DNA of 64,000 nt from Pseudomonadota bacterium (lineage in GTDB: Bacteria > Pseudomonadota > Gammaproteobacteria > Burkholderiales > JBFMAC01): the NCBI GenBank assembly GCA_040756015.1, contig JBFMAC010000009.1, positions 20,104-84,103 on the forward strand, given 5' to 3'. The notes below the pieces were generated by a model. It did no database searches, was not told where the DNA came from, and saw only the letters and a list, made by a program, of their open reading frames with translations. Below are positions 1 to 10,281 of the stretch, piece after piece (within the stretch, counting starts at the first letter, position 1; each line of letters opens with the position of its first letter). Both the position numbers and the translations under genes were made by a program.

Positions 1-1
1 C

Positions 2-373
2 GCCGCACAGTTCCTGCTCGATTCGGAAAGCAATCTCAAAGCGGCGCTTGGCGGCATGACCGAGGCAGGGCTGGATTCATCCCGACAAGTCGGGCCAACG
101 CCCGACCTGCAGACGAAATCCGTCGGCCATCAGGCGCGCGGCGTGCTGGAAGCCGTGAATGAAGATGGCACGGTGAGCATCACCCACGAACCCATCCCCT
201 CGCTCAAATGGGCGGGCATGACCATGGACTTCGCCCTGGCCAATCCCGCACTGGTTGCGAATGTGAAACCGGGCAGCGCCATCGAGTTCGAGCTCGTCGA
301 GCGCGGGGAAGGCGCATGGGTCATCACCCGCATGACAACAAGGGGGAAAAGCCGTGCTGAACACCGTCATTGA
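2..373 (+). CDS. cusB: CusB-type RND membrane-fusion (adaptor) protein, 3' end only, with a C-terminal CusF-like Cu(I)/Ag(I)-binding domain
   Basis: Frame 2 is open from the window edge. AAQFLLDSESNLKAALGG resembles the usual MFP C-terminus, followed by a linker and a CusF-like fold (ITHEPIPSLKWAGMTMDF). Overlaps the cusA start by 20 nt. Confidence 0.75.
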   Translation, partial: AAQFLLDSESNLKAALGGMTEAGLDSSRQVGPTPDLQTKSVGHQARGVLEAVNEDGTVSITHEPIPSLKWAGMTMDFALANPALVANVKPGSAIEFELVERGEGAWVITRMTTRGKSRAEHRH

Positions 374-3300
374 GTGGTCGGCGAAAAACCGTTTCCTGGT
401 ACTGCTGGCCACGCTGTTCGTCACGCTGGCGGGTCTCTATGCGCTGATGAGGACGCCGCTGGACGCGCTGCCTGACCTGTCCGACGTGCAGGTGATCGTG
501 TTCACCGAGTATCCGGGACAGGCCCCGCAGGTGGTGGAGGATCAGGTGACCTATCCGCTCACCACGGCGCTGCTGTCAGTGCCGAAATCGAAAGTGGTGC
601 GCGGCTTCTCCTTCTTCGGCGCATCGTTCGTGTATGTGATCTTCGAGGATGGCACCGATCTCTATTGGGCGCGCTCGCGCGTGCTGGAATACCTGAGCCA
701 GGTTGCGGGCCGCCTGCCGCCCGGCGTCGCGCCCAAACTGGGGCCGGACGCCACCGGCGTGGGCTGGGTCTATCAGTACGCCCTGCAAAGCGACCGGCAC
801 AATCTGGCCGAGCTGCGCAGCATGCAGGACTGGTATCTGCGCTACCAGCTCACCAAGGCGCACGGCGTGGCCGAGGTCGCCAGCATCGGCGGTTTCGTGA
901 AGAGCTATCAGGTCACGGTGGATCCGGTGAAACTGCGCGCCTACGGCATCCCGCTGATGCAGGTGACTCAGGCGATCCGCGCCTCGAACCGCGATGTCGG
1001 CGGGCGTGTGGTGGAGATGGCCGAGGCCGAATACATGGTGCGCGGGCGCGGCTACCTGAAAGGTGCGGAGGACATCGCCAACATCGTGGTCAAGACCGAG
1101 CGCGGCACGCCGGTGCTGATCCGCGACATCGCGCGCGTGGAACTGGTGCCGGAAGAACGGCGCGGCATCGCGGAGCTGAACGGCGAAGGCGAGGTCGCCT
1201 CCGGCATCGTCATGGCGCGCTTCGGCGAGAACGCGCTGGCCGTCATTGACAACCTCAAGGCAAAGATCGCCGAGGTCGCCAAGGGTCTGCCGCAGGGCGT
1301 CTCCATCCAGACCGTGTATGACCGCTCGGAGCTCATCCATCGCGCCATCGAAACGCTGAAACACACGCTGCTGGAAGAAGGCGTGATCGTGGCGCTGGTG
1401 TGCATCGTGTTCCTGATGCACGCGCGGAGCGCACTGGTCGCCATCCTGATGTTGCCGGTAGGCGTGCTGATCGCCTTCATTGCCATGCGCGCGCTGGGAC
1501 TCAACTCCAACCTGATGAGCCTGGGCGGCATTGCGATCGCCATCGGCGCCATGGTGGATGCGGCGATCGTGATGATCGAGAACGCGCACAAGCATCTGGA
1601 GCATATCAAGGAGGATAAATCGCGTGCAGAAGCGATCATCGCGGCCTGCAAAGAGGTCGGTCCCTCCCTGTTCTTCTCGCTGCTCATCATCACCGTTTCC
1701 TTCCTGCCGGTGTTCACCCTCGAAGCACAGGAAGGCCGCCTGTTCTCGCCGCTGGCCTTCACCAAGACCTTCGCCATGGCAGGCGCGGCGCTCTTGTCCG
1801 TCACGCTGGTGCCGGTGCTGATGCTGCTGTTCATCCGCGGCAGGATCAAGCCGGAAGCGGAAAACCCGCTCAACCGCGTTCTCATCGCGGGCTACCGCCC
1901 GTTCATCCACTGGGTGCTGGAAAGGAAGAAGACCACCCTGGCCATCGCCGTCGCCATGCTCGTGTTGAGCGCCTATCCCGCGATGAAGCTGGGCAGCGAG
2001 TTCATGCCCACGCTGAACGAAGGCACATTGTTCTACATGCCCGCCGGACTGCCCGGCATGTCGGTCACCAAGGCGGCGGAACTGTTGCAGACGCAGAACA
2101 AGATCATCAAGAGCTTCCCCGAGGTCGAGTCGGTGTATGGCAAGGCCGGACGCGCGCAGACCGCCACCGATCCGGCGCCGCTGGAGATGTTCGAGACCGT
2201 GATCAACCTCAAGCCGGAAGATCAATGGCGGCCTGGCATGACCACCGACAAGCTGATCGCCGAGATGGATAAGGCACTGCAATTCCCCGGCATCGCCAAT
2301 TCCTGGACCATGCCGATCAAGGCGCGGCTGGACATGCTCGCCACCGGCATCCGCACCCCCATCGGCATCAAGGTGTTCGGCAAGGACCTGGCCGAGATGG
2401 AGCGCATCGCGCGCGAAATCGAAGCCGCAGTGCGCAAGGTGCCCGGCACCCGTTCGGCCTATGCGGAACGGCTCACCGGCGGCTACTACCTCGACATCGA
2501 ACCGGATCGCGCCAGGCTCGCGCGCTACGGCCTGACGCTGGACGCGGTGCAGGAGACCATCGCCACCGCGCTGGGCGGCGAAGCGGTGACGACCACCGTG
2601 GAAGGGCTGGAACGCTATGGGGTGGCGGTGCGCTATCCGCGCGCGTTGCGTGACGCGCCGGAAACCATCGCGCGTGAGGTGCTGGTGCCCGCCATGAACG
2701 GGGCGATGATCCCGCTGGGCGAGGTCGCCCGCATCGTCATCCGCAAGGGCGCGCCCTCCATCCGCACCGAGAACGCCCTGCTCTCCGCCTACATCTACGT
2801 GGACACCGGCGAATCCGACCTCGGTGGTTTCGTGAAACGCGCACAGGCGGCAGTGGCCAACGAGGTGCCATTCCCGCCCGGCTACTACGCCACCTGGAGC
2901 GGCCAGTTCGAATACATGGAACGCGCGGCGGCAAAGATGAAGATCGTGGTGCCGCTCACGCTGCTCATCATCTTCCTGCTGCTCTACCTCAACTTCGGAC
3001 GCATCACCGAGTCGCTGATCGTGATGCTGTCGGTACCGTTCGCGCTGGTCGGCGGCGTGTGGCTGCTGTGGCTGCTCGACTACAACTTGAGCGTCGCGGT
3101 GGCAGTCGGCTTCATCGCGCTGGCCGGCGTGGCCGCCGAGACCGGCGTAGTGATGCTGATCTACCTGGAGAAGGCATGGCAGGAAGCGCAGGCCCGTTGC
3201 GCGGCCGCAGGGAGACCGGCCGGGATGAACGATCTGTATGCCGCCATCATGGAGGGTGCGGCGGAACGCGTGCGTCCCAAGATGATGACCGTGGTCGCCA

Positions 3301-3482
3301 TCATGGCCGGTCTGCTGCCCATCCTGTGGAGCAGCGGCACCGGATCCGAGGTGATGCGCCGCATCGCCGCGCCCATGGTCGGCGGCATGGTGTCATCGGC
3401 CGTGCTCACGCTGCTGGTGATTCCCGTCATCTATGCCCTCGTCAAGCAACGCCAACTTTCATCAACCCACCCAGACCACTGA
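354..3482 (+). CDS. cusA: Heavy-metal efflux RND transporter, CusA/SilA family (Cu+/Ag+)
   Basis: 1042-aa ORF with GTG start and AGGGGGA SD. N-terminus IEWSAKNRFLVLLATLF and 12-TM RND architecture. Sits between a CusB-like and a CusF-like gene. Confidence 0.95.
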   Translation: MLNTVIEWSAKNRFLVLLATLFVTLAGLYALMRTPLDALPDLSDVQVIVFTEYPGQAPQVVEDQVTYPLTTALLSVPKSKVVRGFSFFGASFVYVIFEDGTDLYWARSRVLEYLSQVAGRLPPGVAPKLGPDATGVGWVYQYALQSDRHNLAELRSMQDWYLRYQLTKAHGVAEVASIGGFVKSYQVTVDPVKLRAYGIPLMQVTQAIRASNRDVGGRVVEMAEAEYMVRGRGYLKGAEDIANIVVKTERGTPVLIRDIARVELVPEERRGIAELNGEGEVASGIVMARFGENALAVIDNLKAKIAEVAKGLPQGVSIQTVYDRSELIHRAIETLKHTLLEEGVIVALVCIVFLMHARSALVAILMLPVGVLIAFIAMRALGLNSNLMSLGGIAIAIGAMVDAAIVMIENAHKHLEHIKEDKSRAEAIIAACKEVGPSLFFSLLIITVSFLPVFTLEAQEGRLFSPLAFTKTFAMAGAALLSVTLVPVLMLLFIRGRIKPEAENPLNRVLIAGYRPFIHWVLERKKTTLAIAVAMLVLSAYPAMKLGSEFMPTLNEGTLFYMPAGLPGMSVTKAAELLQTQNKIIKSFPEVESVYGKAGRAQTATDPAPLEMFETVINLKPEDQWRPGMTTDKLIAEMDKALQFPGIANSWTMPIKARLDMLATGIRTPIGIKVFGKDLAEMERIAREIEAAVRKVPGTRSAYAERLTGGYYLDIEPDRARLARYGLTLDAVQETIATALGGEAVTTTVEGLERYGVAVRYPRALRDAPETIAREVLVPAMNGAMIPLGEVARIVIRKGAPSIRTENALLSAYIYVDTGESDLGGFVKRAQAAVANEVPFPPGYYATWSGQFEYMERAAAKMKIVVPLTLLIIFLLLYLNFGRITESLIVMLSVPFALVGGVWLLWLLDYNLSVAVAVGFIALAGVAAETGVVMLIYLEKAWQEAQARCAAAGRPAGMNDLYAAIMEGAAERVRPKMMTVVAIMAGLLPILWSSGTGSEVMRRIAAPMVGGMVSSAVLTLLVIPVIYALVKQRQLSSTHPDH

Positions 3483-3494
3483 AAGGAGAACCCC

Positions 3495-3812
3495 ATGAAA
3501 CGATCCGCACTCGCATTTGCACTCCTGGCCGCCTTCGGCCTCGCCCAGGCTACCTCGCATCAACACGACATGGCCGCGCATGAAACACAGGCCGCCATGC
3601 CCCAGGGCACGGGCGTGGTCAAAGCCCTCAAAACGGGCAAGGTGCAGATTGCCCACGAACCGATCCCGGCCCTGGACTGGCCCGCCATGACCATGTGGTT
3701 CGATCTGAAATCGCCTGCCGCTCACGACATCAAGGTCGGCGACCGGGTCCGCTTCGAGATGATGCAGGACGACAGGAAAAAGTGGGCCATCGTCAAAATG
3801 GAACACCAGTGA
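3495..3812 (+). CDS. cusF: Periplasmic Cu(I)/Ag(I) chaperone, CusF family
   Basis: Signal peptide MKRSALAFALLAAFGLAQA. Motif IAHEPIPALDWPAMTMWF carries the His, Trp and two Met of the CusF site. GGAG SD. Confidence 0.85.
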   Translation: MKRSALAFALLAAFGLAQATSHQHDMAAHETQAAMPQGTGVVKALKTGKVQIAHEPIPALDWPAMTMWFDLKSPAAHDIKVGDRVRFEMMQDDRKKWAIVKMEHQ

Positions 3813-3836
3813 CATTCAAGGCACAAGGAGCATCCA

Positions 3837-4016
3837 ATGAAACGACGCCAAACCGGGGAAGTCATGCTGGCAATGATGGTTGTGATGCTGGCTATCGCGT
3901 TATTTGCTCGCGGACACATGGGGATGATGGGTCATGCTTCGCACGCGGCGGAAACTGCGCCGCAGAACCCAACCGCCCCAGCGCCGCCCCCCGCGCCCGC
4001 CGAACCTCAACCCTGA
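3837..4016 (+). CDS. Small (59 aa) predicted membrane protein with His/Met cluster and Pro/Ala-rich tail; below the ORF-track length cutoff
   Basis: My own translation: MKRRQTGEVMLAMMVVMLAIALFARGHMGMMGHASHAAETAPQNPTAPAPPPAPAEPQP. AAGGAG SD at 3825-3830, 6 nt before the ATG. It fills an otherwise empty 222-nt gap. Confidence 0.5.
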   Translation: MKRRQTGEVMLAMMVVMLAIALFARGHMGMMGHASHAAETAPQNPTAPAPPPAPAEPQP

Positions 4017-4034
4017 AGTGCAAAGGAGCCGCTC

Positions 4035-4610
4035 ATGATCGAAGTGATTCCGAACTGGCATCCGTTGTTCGTGCACTTCCCGATCGCGCTGATTTCGCTG
4101 TCGGCATTCTTTCATCTGGCAGCGATCCTGCTGCGCAGTCAGTCGCGCTTCGCCCCCCATTGCGCCGTACTCGCCCATGCCACCCTGTGGCTGGGTGCGC
4201 TGGCGGCCTTCCCCACCGTGCTGTTCGGCTGGCTGGCTTCCAATGCGGTCAACCACGACGAGGCCGGCCACGCGGCGATGCTGTTGCACCGCTCATGGGC
4301 GCTGACAACCTTGCTGCTGCTGACCGCGCTGGCAAGCTGGGATGCCTGGCGCAACAAAGTGGGAGCCACGCCTGCCTGGCCATTTGCCGGCGCGGTGGTG
4401 CTGGCCTGGGCGCTGGTCGCCAGCACCGCCTGGCACGGCGCGGAACTGGTTTATCGCCACGGCCTGGGGGTGATGTCATTGCCGGAACCGGAGGGGGCGA
4501 ACCATACACATGAGCACGGCAACATGCCAGTGCAAGGTGAAGCTGCGCCGTACGAGGCAGAAGAAATGGAGCACGCCGATGGCGGACACAGCAGACCCCA
4601 TCAACATTGA
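4035..4610 (+). CDS. DUF2231-type integral membrane protein with His-rich C-terminal tail
   Basis: N-terminus NWHPLFVHFPIALISL is typical of the DUF2231 family as I remember it. About 4 TM segments. Tail HTHEHGNMPVQ...MEHADGGHSRPHQH. AAGGAG SD. Confidence 0.75.
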   Translation: MIEVIPNWHPLFVHFPIALISLSAFFHLAAILLRSQSRFAPHCAVLAHATLWLGALAAFPTVLFGWLASNAVNHDEAGHAAMLLHRSWALTTLLLLTALASWDAWRNKVGATPAWPFAGAVVLAWALVASTAWHGAELVYRHGLGVMSLPEPEGANHTHEHGNMPVQGEAAPYEAEEMEHADGGHSRPHQH

Positions 4611-4684
4611 CTGTTGCTCATCTGGGAAGGGTTTATCAATTCGTTTTCGAGAAAATCGATCCCATCCTTTGAAAGGAGCATGAA

Positions 4685-7072
<2,388 letters not shown>

Positions 7073-7199
7073 TTGTATTTTTCAATACGCAGGGGGGAAT
7101 TCATCGCATCGCAAGCGAAGTACGGTGCTTGGGAAAAAATCCAGAAACCATCGAGGCATGGTTCGAATGCCGTTTCCCATAACTGTAGAGGAGAAAAAC

Positions 7200-7482
7200 A
7201 TGGAAGGCTTGTTTCCACTGCTGGTATTTGCGGGGCTGTTCCTGGCAATCACGTTCATCCTGTGCGTGGCGTTCGACCTGATTTTCCCGCAGCATGCCAT
7301 GTGCGAGGCATGGCATGCTGCTGCCGGGATTCGAGTGGATCAGCTGGTCCAGTTTCGGGTTGGGGCTGATCGAGAGCTACGGCTGGTATTTCGCGCTGAT
7401 CCGGGTGCCGCTGTACAACTTTTTTCTGTGCGGCTCTGGGTGCATTCCCGGGCAGTGCGGCAGCAAACATCAAGCCAAGTAA
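7200..7482 (+). pseudogene. Small 2-TM membrane protein with Cys-rich tail, apparently split by a frameshift near 7317
   Basis: Frame A (ATG 7200, GAGGAG SD) gives MEGLFPLLVFAGLFLAITFILCVAFDLIFPQHAMCEAWH and then Arg-rich nonsense. The +1 frame continues as LLPGFEWISWSSFGLGLIESYGWYFALIRVPLYNFFLCGSGCIPGQCGSKHQAK. Confidence 0.45.
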
Positions 7483-7494
7483 CCGGGGGCTGAC

Positions 7495-8193
7495 ATGCAA
7501 TATGTCTGGCTGGTCTGGTCTCTCGTGTTCCTGGTTCCCTGGGCGTTGCTGTACCGGGCCAGGTCCGGTTTCCGGCGGGAAATGCTGCGGGTCAGCCTGG
7601 CGACCAGTTTGCTCGGCTTGAGCGAGCCGATCTTCGTGCCTGAATACTGGAATCCGCCGAGCTTGTTCGACCTTGCGCAGCGCACCGGTTTCGACATCGA
7701 GAGCCTAATCTTCTGTTTCGCAATCGGCGGCATCGGCGCGGTCATGTACAACGCAGTCACCAATCGAAGTCTCGGCAAGGTTTCGCATGCGGAGCGGCAT
7801 AGCGGACGCCACCGCTGGCATCGCCTTGCCATTTCGGCCCCGTTCCTGTCGTTCCCCTTGCTGTATTTCCTGCCGTGGAACCCGATTTATCCGGGCATCG
7901 TTGCGCTGGCAATTGGCGGCATCGCCAATGTGTTGTGCCGCCCGGATTTGCTGCGCAACACACTGATCGGCGGCATGTTGTTCTTGTTGCTTTATGCAAT
8001 TTTCATGTGGTTACTGATCATTTTTGCGCCGGGCTATATCGAACGGGTGTGGAATTTGCCGGCCATTTCAGGAGCATTGTTGGGCGGCATTCCGCTGGAG
8101 GAACTCGCTTTCGGTTTTGCCTTTGGACTGTACTGGGCAGGAATTTATGAACACTTTACCTGGCACCGCAGCCGGTCGATCCAGGGGGAGTAA
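7495..8193 (+). CDS. Lycopene-cyclase-domain (CrtYc/d-like) integral membrane protein, non-carotenoid context
   Basis: 232 aa and polytopic. Two halves each carry an acidic motif (EPIFVPEYWNP and GIPLEELAFGFAFG) like the PxEE motif of heterodimeric lycopene cyclases. Assigned from memory only. Confidence 0.6.
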   Translation: MQYVWLVWSLVFLVPWALLYRARSGFRREMLRVSLATSLLGLSEPIFVPEYWNPPSLFDLAQRTGFDIESLIFCFAIGGIGAVMYNAVTNRSLGKVSHAERHSGRHRWHRLAISAPFLSFPLLYFLPWNPIYPGIVALAIGGIANVLCRPDLLRNTLIGGMLFLLLYAIFMWLLIIFAPGYIERVWNLPAISGALLGGIPLEELAFGFAFGLYWAGIYEHFTWHRSRSIQGE

Positions 8194-8378
8194 TGGTGTG
8201 CGTGACCCTGGTGTCAGAGTATACGGGATTACCTGCGGGTGAGCGGGAAATGGTGGCCCAGCCGCAAGAACAGCTTTGCGTTGAAGGCGAGCATGGATGG
8301 AGAAAGGATGGTTCTGGATGAAACTATTTTTTATTGCTGTTTTTGAATGTTGCTTTCTAACCTGAGAGGAGATCGAGC

Positions 8379-8900
8379 ATGAACAAGATCACGATTCTGG
8401 CTGCCATTGCCTCGTTGTCTGTGGCGGCGTTGCCGATTTATGCCGACGATGCGCATCACCCCGAGAAGGCACAGCAGGCAGCGCCCATGCCTAAAGCAGA
8501 GGCGATGGAGAAGACCGCCAGTTCCGAACCGGCAGCCGACCGGCAGATGGGACAGGCGCAGGAAACCATGCGCAAGTTGCAGGACCTGATGGGAAAGATC
8601 CGCCAAACCAGCGACCCCGGGGAACGCCGGAAGCTGATGCAGGAACACATGCGAACCATGCAGGAAGGCATGAAGCAACTGCGCGGCATGGGCGGCCCGA
8701 TTATGGGGATGGGGGACGGCGGCAAGCAGGGTGGCATGATGATGGGCATGGGGAGCGGCGAGAAACAGGGCGGCGGCATGATGATGGGAGACATGATGAA
8801 GACCCACAACATGATGGAAATGCGCATGGAAATGATAGAGACGATGATGGATCACATGATGCAGCGTGAAGAGATGCGCGACGCCATGCAGCCGAAATAA
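8379..8900 (+). CDS. Secreted methionine-rich protein (putative periplasmic Cu(I)/Ag(I) binder)
   Basis: Signal peptide MNKITILAAIASLSVAALPIYA and GAGGAG SD. By my count about 33 of 173 residues are Met (MMMGMG, MQEHMRTMQEGM, MMEMRMEMIETMMDHMM). Confidence 0.75.
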   Translation: MNKITILAAIASLSVAALPIYADDAHHPEKAQQAAPMPKAEAMEKTASSEPAADRQMGQAQETMRKLQDLMGKIRQTSDPGERRKLMQEHMRTMQEGMKQLRGMGGPIMGMGDGGKQGGMMMGMGSGEKQGGGMMMGDMMKTHNMMEMRMEMIETMMDHMMQREEMRDAMQPK

Positions 8901-8993
8901 GGCCGCTGTGTCCGGCCGGTGGTTGTTCCCAGATGGGACGGCAACTGCCGGCCATGTTTTGGCATGGTCAAAACACGGTTGAAGGGGAGAGTT

Positions 8994-9227
8994 ATGGTTG
9001 GCGAGCTGGAGAAACGGTATTTGTCGAAAGGGCGGCTGGTGTTTGTCGGCTTTCTTGTATTTGCCTTATTGCTGTTGCTGACGGAGCATCGGGCGCATTT
9101 TTTTGGGATACTTCCTTACCTGATTTTGCTGGCTTGCCCGTTGATGCACTTGTTCATGCATCACGGCAATGGCGGCTATGACCAGCACACACATGGTCAT
9201 GAGCCGCCGAAAGGAGAGCCAAAATGA
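8994..9227 (+). CDS. DUF2933-type small membrane protein
   Basis: LLACPLMHLFMHHGNGG motif after 2 TM segments, with a His-rich tail. GGGGAGAG SD before ATG 8994. The upstream ATG 8919 lacks an SD. Confidence 0.75.
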   Translation: MVGELEKRYLSKGRLVFVGFLVFALLLLLTEHRAHFFGILPYLILLACPLMHLFMHHGNGGYDQHTHGHEPPKGEPK

Positions 9228-9868
9228 ATACAGACACCCCCGATTATGGCCTGTGGTGGCTGGTTATCATCAACTCTGCGGTATTCATCATTTTTGCGCT
9301 AAGTTTCGCCAAGCCGCAAAGCCAGCGCGACTGGCGATCATTCGGCGCATTCTCCGCCTTCCTGGTGGCGCTGTTTACCGAGATGTACGGTTTTCCGCTT
9401 ACCATCTATCTGCTCTCCGGCTGGCTGCAAAGCCGCTATCAGGGCGTGGACTGGTTCGCGCACGATTCCGGCCATTTGCTCGAAATGTTGTTCGGCTGGC
9501 GAGCAAACCCGCACTTCGGACCATTTCACCTGTTCAGCATGGCGTTCATCATCGGCGGTTTTGCACTCCTGTCATCCGCGTGGAAAGTACTTTACCAGGC
9601 ACAGCGTGCGCACCGCCTGGCGATCACCGGCCCTTACGCCAAAGTCCGCCATCCGCAGTACGATGCCTTCGTGCTCATCATGTTCGGCTTCCTGCTGCAA
9701 TGGCCGACGTTGGTCACGCTGGCGATGTTCCCCATCCTGGTCACCATGTACGTGCGCTTGGCGCGGCGCGAAGAAGACGAGGCACTGGACGCATTCGGTG
9801 ATGCTTACCGCGACTATATGGCGCGTACCCCGGCGTTTTTCCCGCGTTCCGTTGGTGCGGTGGGGTAG
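9224..9868 (+). CDS. Isoprenylcysteine carboxyl methyltransferase (ICMT)/phospholipid methyltransferase-family membrane protein
   Basis: VRHPQYDAFVLIMFGF and RREEDEALDAFGDAYRDYMARTPAF are the characteristic C-terminal ICMT-family motifs. ATGA overlap with the DUF2933 stop. AAGGAGAG SD. Confidence 0.85.
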   Translation: MNTDTPDYGLWWLVIINSAVFIIFALSFAKPQSQRDWRSFGAFSAFLVALFTEMYGFPLTIYLLSGWLQSRYQGVDWFAHDSGHLLEMLFGWRANPHFGPFHLFSMAFIIGGFALLSSAWKVLYQAQRAHRLAITGPYAKVRHPQYDAFVLIMFGFLLQWPTLVTLAMFPILVTMYVRLARREEDEALDAFGDAYRDYMARTPAFFPRSVGAVG

Positions 9869-9956
9869 GTGATTTGGGATGCAAGGCGATCGGCCAGGAC
9901 GGTCGCGGCATAAGCGGGCAGTCCATCTGTCCATTTTTAACTGGAAGGAGTGAACC

Positions 9957-10223
9957 ATGAAAAGCAAAGTGTTGGTTGTCGTTGCCGTTATGTTGGCCTT
10001 GGGTACTGCCTACGCTGCCGAGGAAAAAGCGGCGGGTGAGAAGGCGGTAGAACAAAAGGTGGATGGCATGGAAACCCCCAAGTCCAAGTCCAAGAAGAAA
10101 ATGAAGAAGCATAGCCACATGGAAGAAAAAACCGGCATGCCTATGCCGATGCGAGAGGAGGGTGCATCGGATGAAGTGAAGAAGCCACTGCATGAGCACC
10201 GCAAGGAGCACAACAAGAATTAG
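9957..10223 (+). CDS. Small secreted Lys/His/Met-rich protein, unknown function
   Basis: Signal peptide MKSKVLVVVAVMLALGTAYA and GGAAGGAG SD. Mature part is KSKSKKKMKKHSHMEEKTGMPMPM...HEHRKEHNKN. Confidence 0.6.
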   Translation: MKSKVLVVVAVMLALGTAYAAEEKAAGEKAVEQKVDGMETPKSKSKKKMKKHSHMEEKTGMPMPMREEGASDEVKKPLHEHRKEHNKN

Positions 10224-10281
10224 GTATGCCATTTCCCGGTGGGTGCGAGCCCGCCGGGGTCCACTTCAGGAGAAATGAGTG

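Noticed and set aside
3695-4513. 272-aa plus-strand ORF spanning the cusF 3' end, the small ORF and the DUF2231 gene.
   Set aside because: It is out of frame with three better-supported genes. The product is Arg/Gly/Ala-rich low complexity, with no SD.
8331-8855. His-rich 174-aa ORF on the minus strand (HHRLYHFHAHFHHVVGLHHVSHHH...), which could pass for a metal-binding protein.
   Set aside because: It is the mirror image of the Met-rich gene, because ATG codons read as CAT (His) on the other strand. The plus-strand ORF has the SD, a signal peptide and sensible composition, while the minus ORF has none of these.
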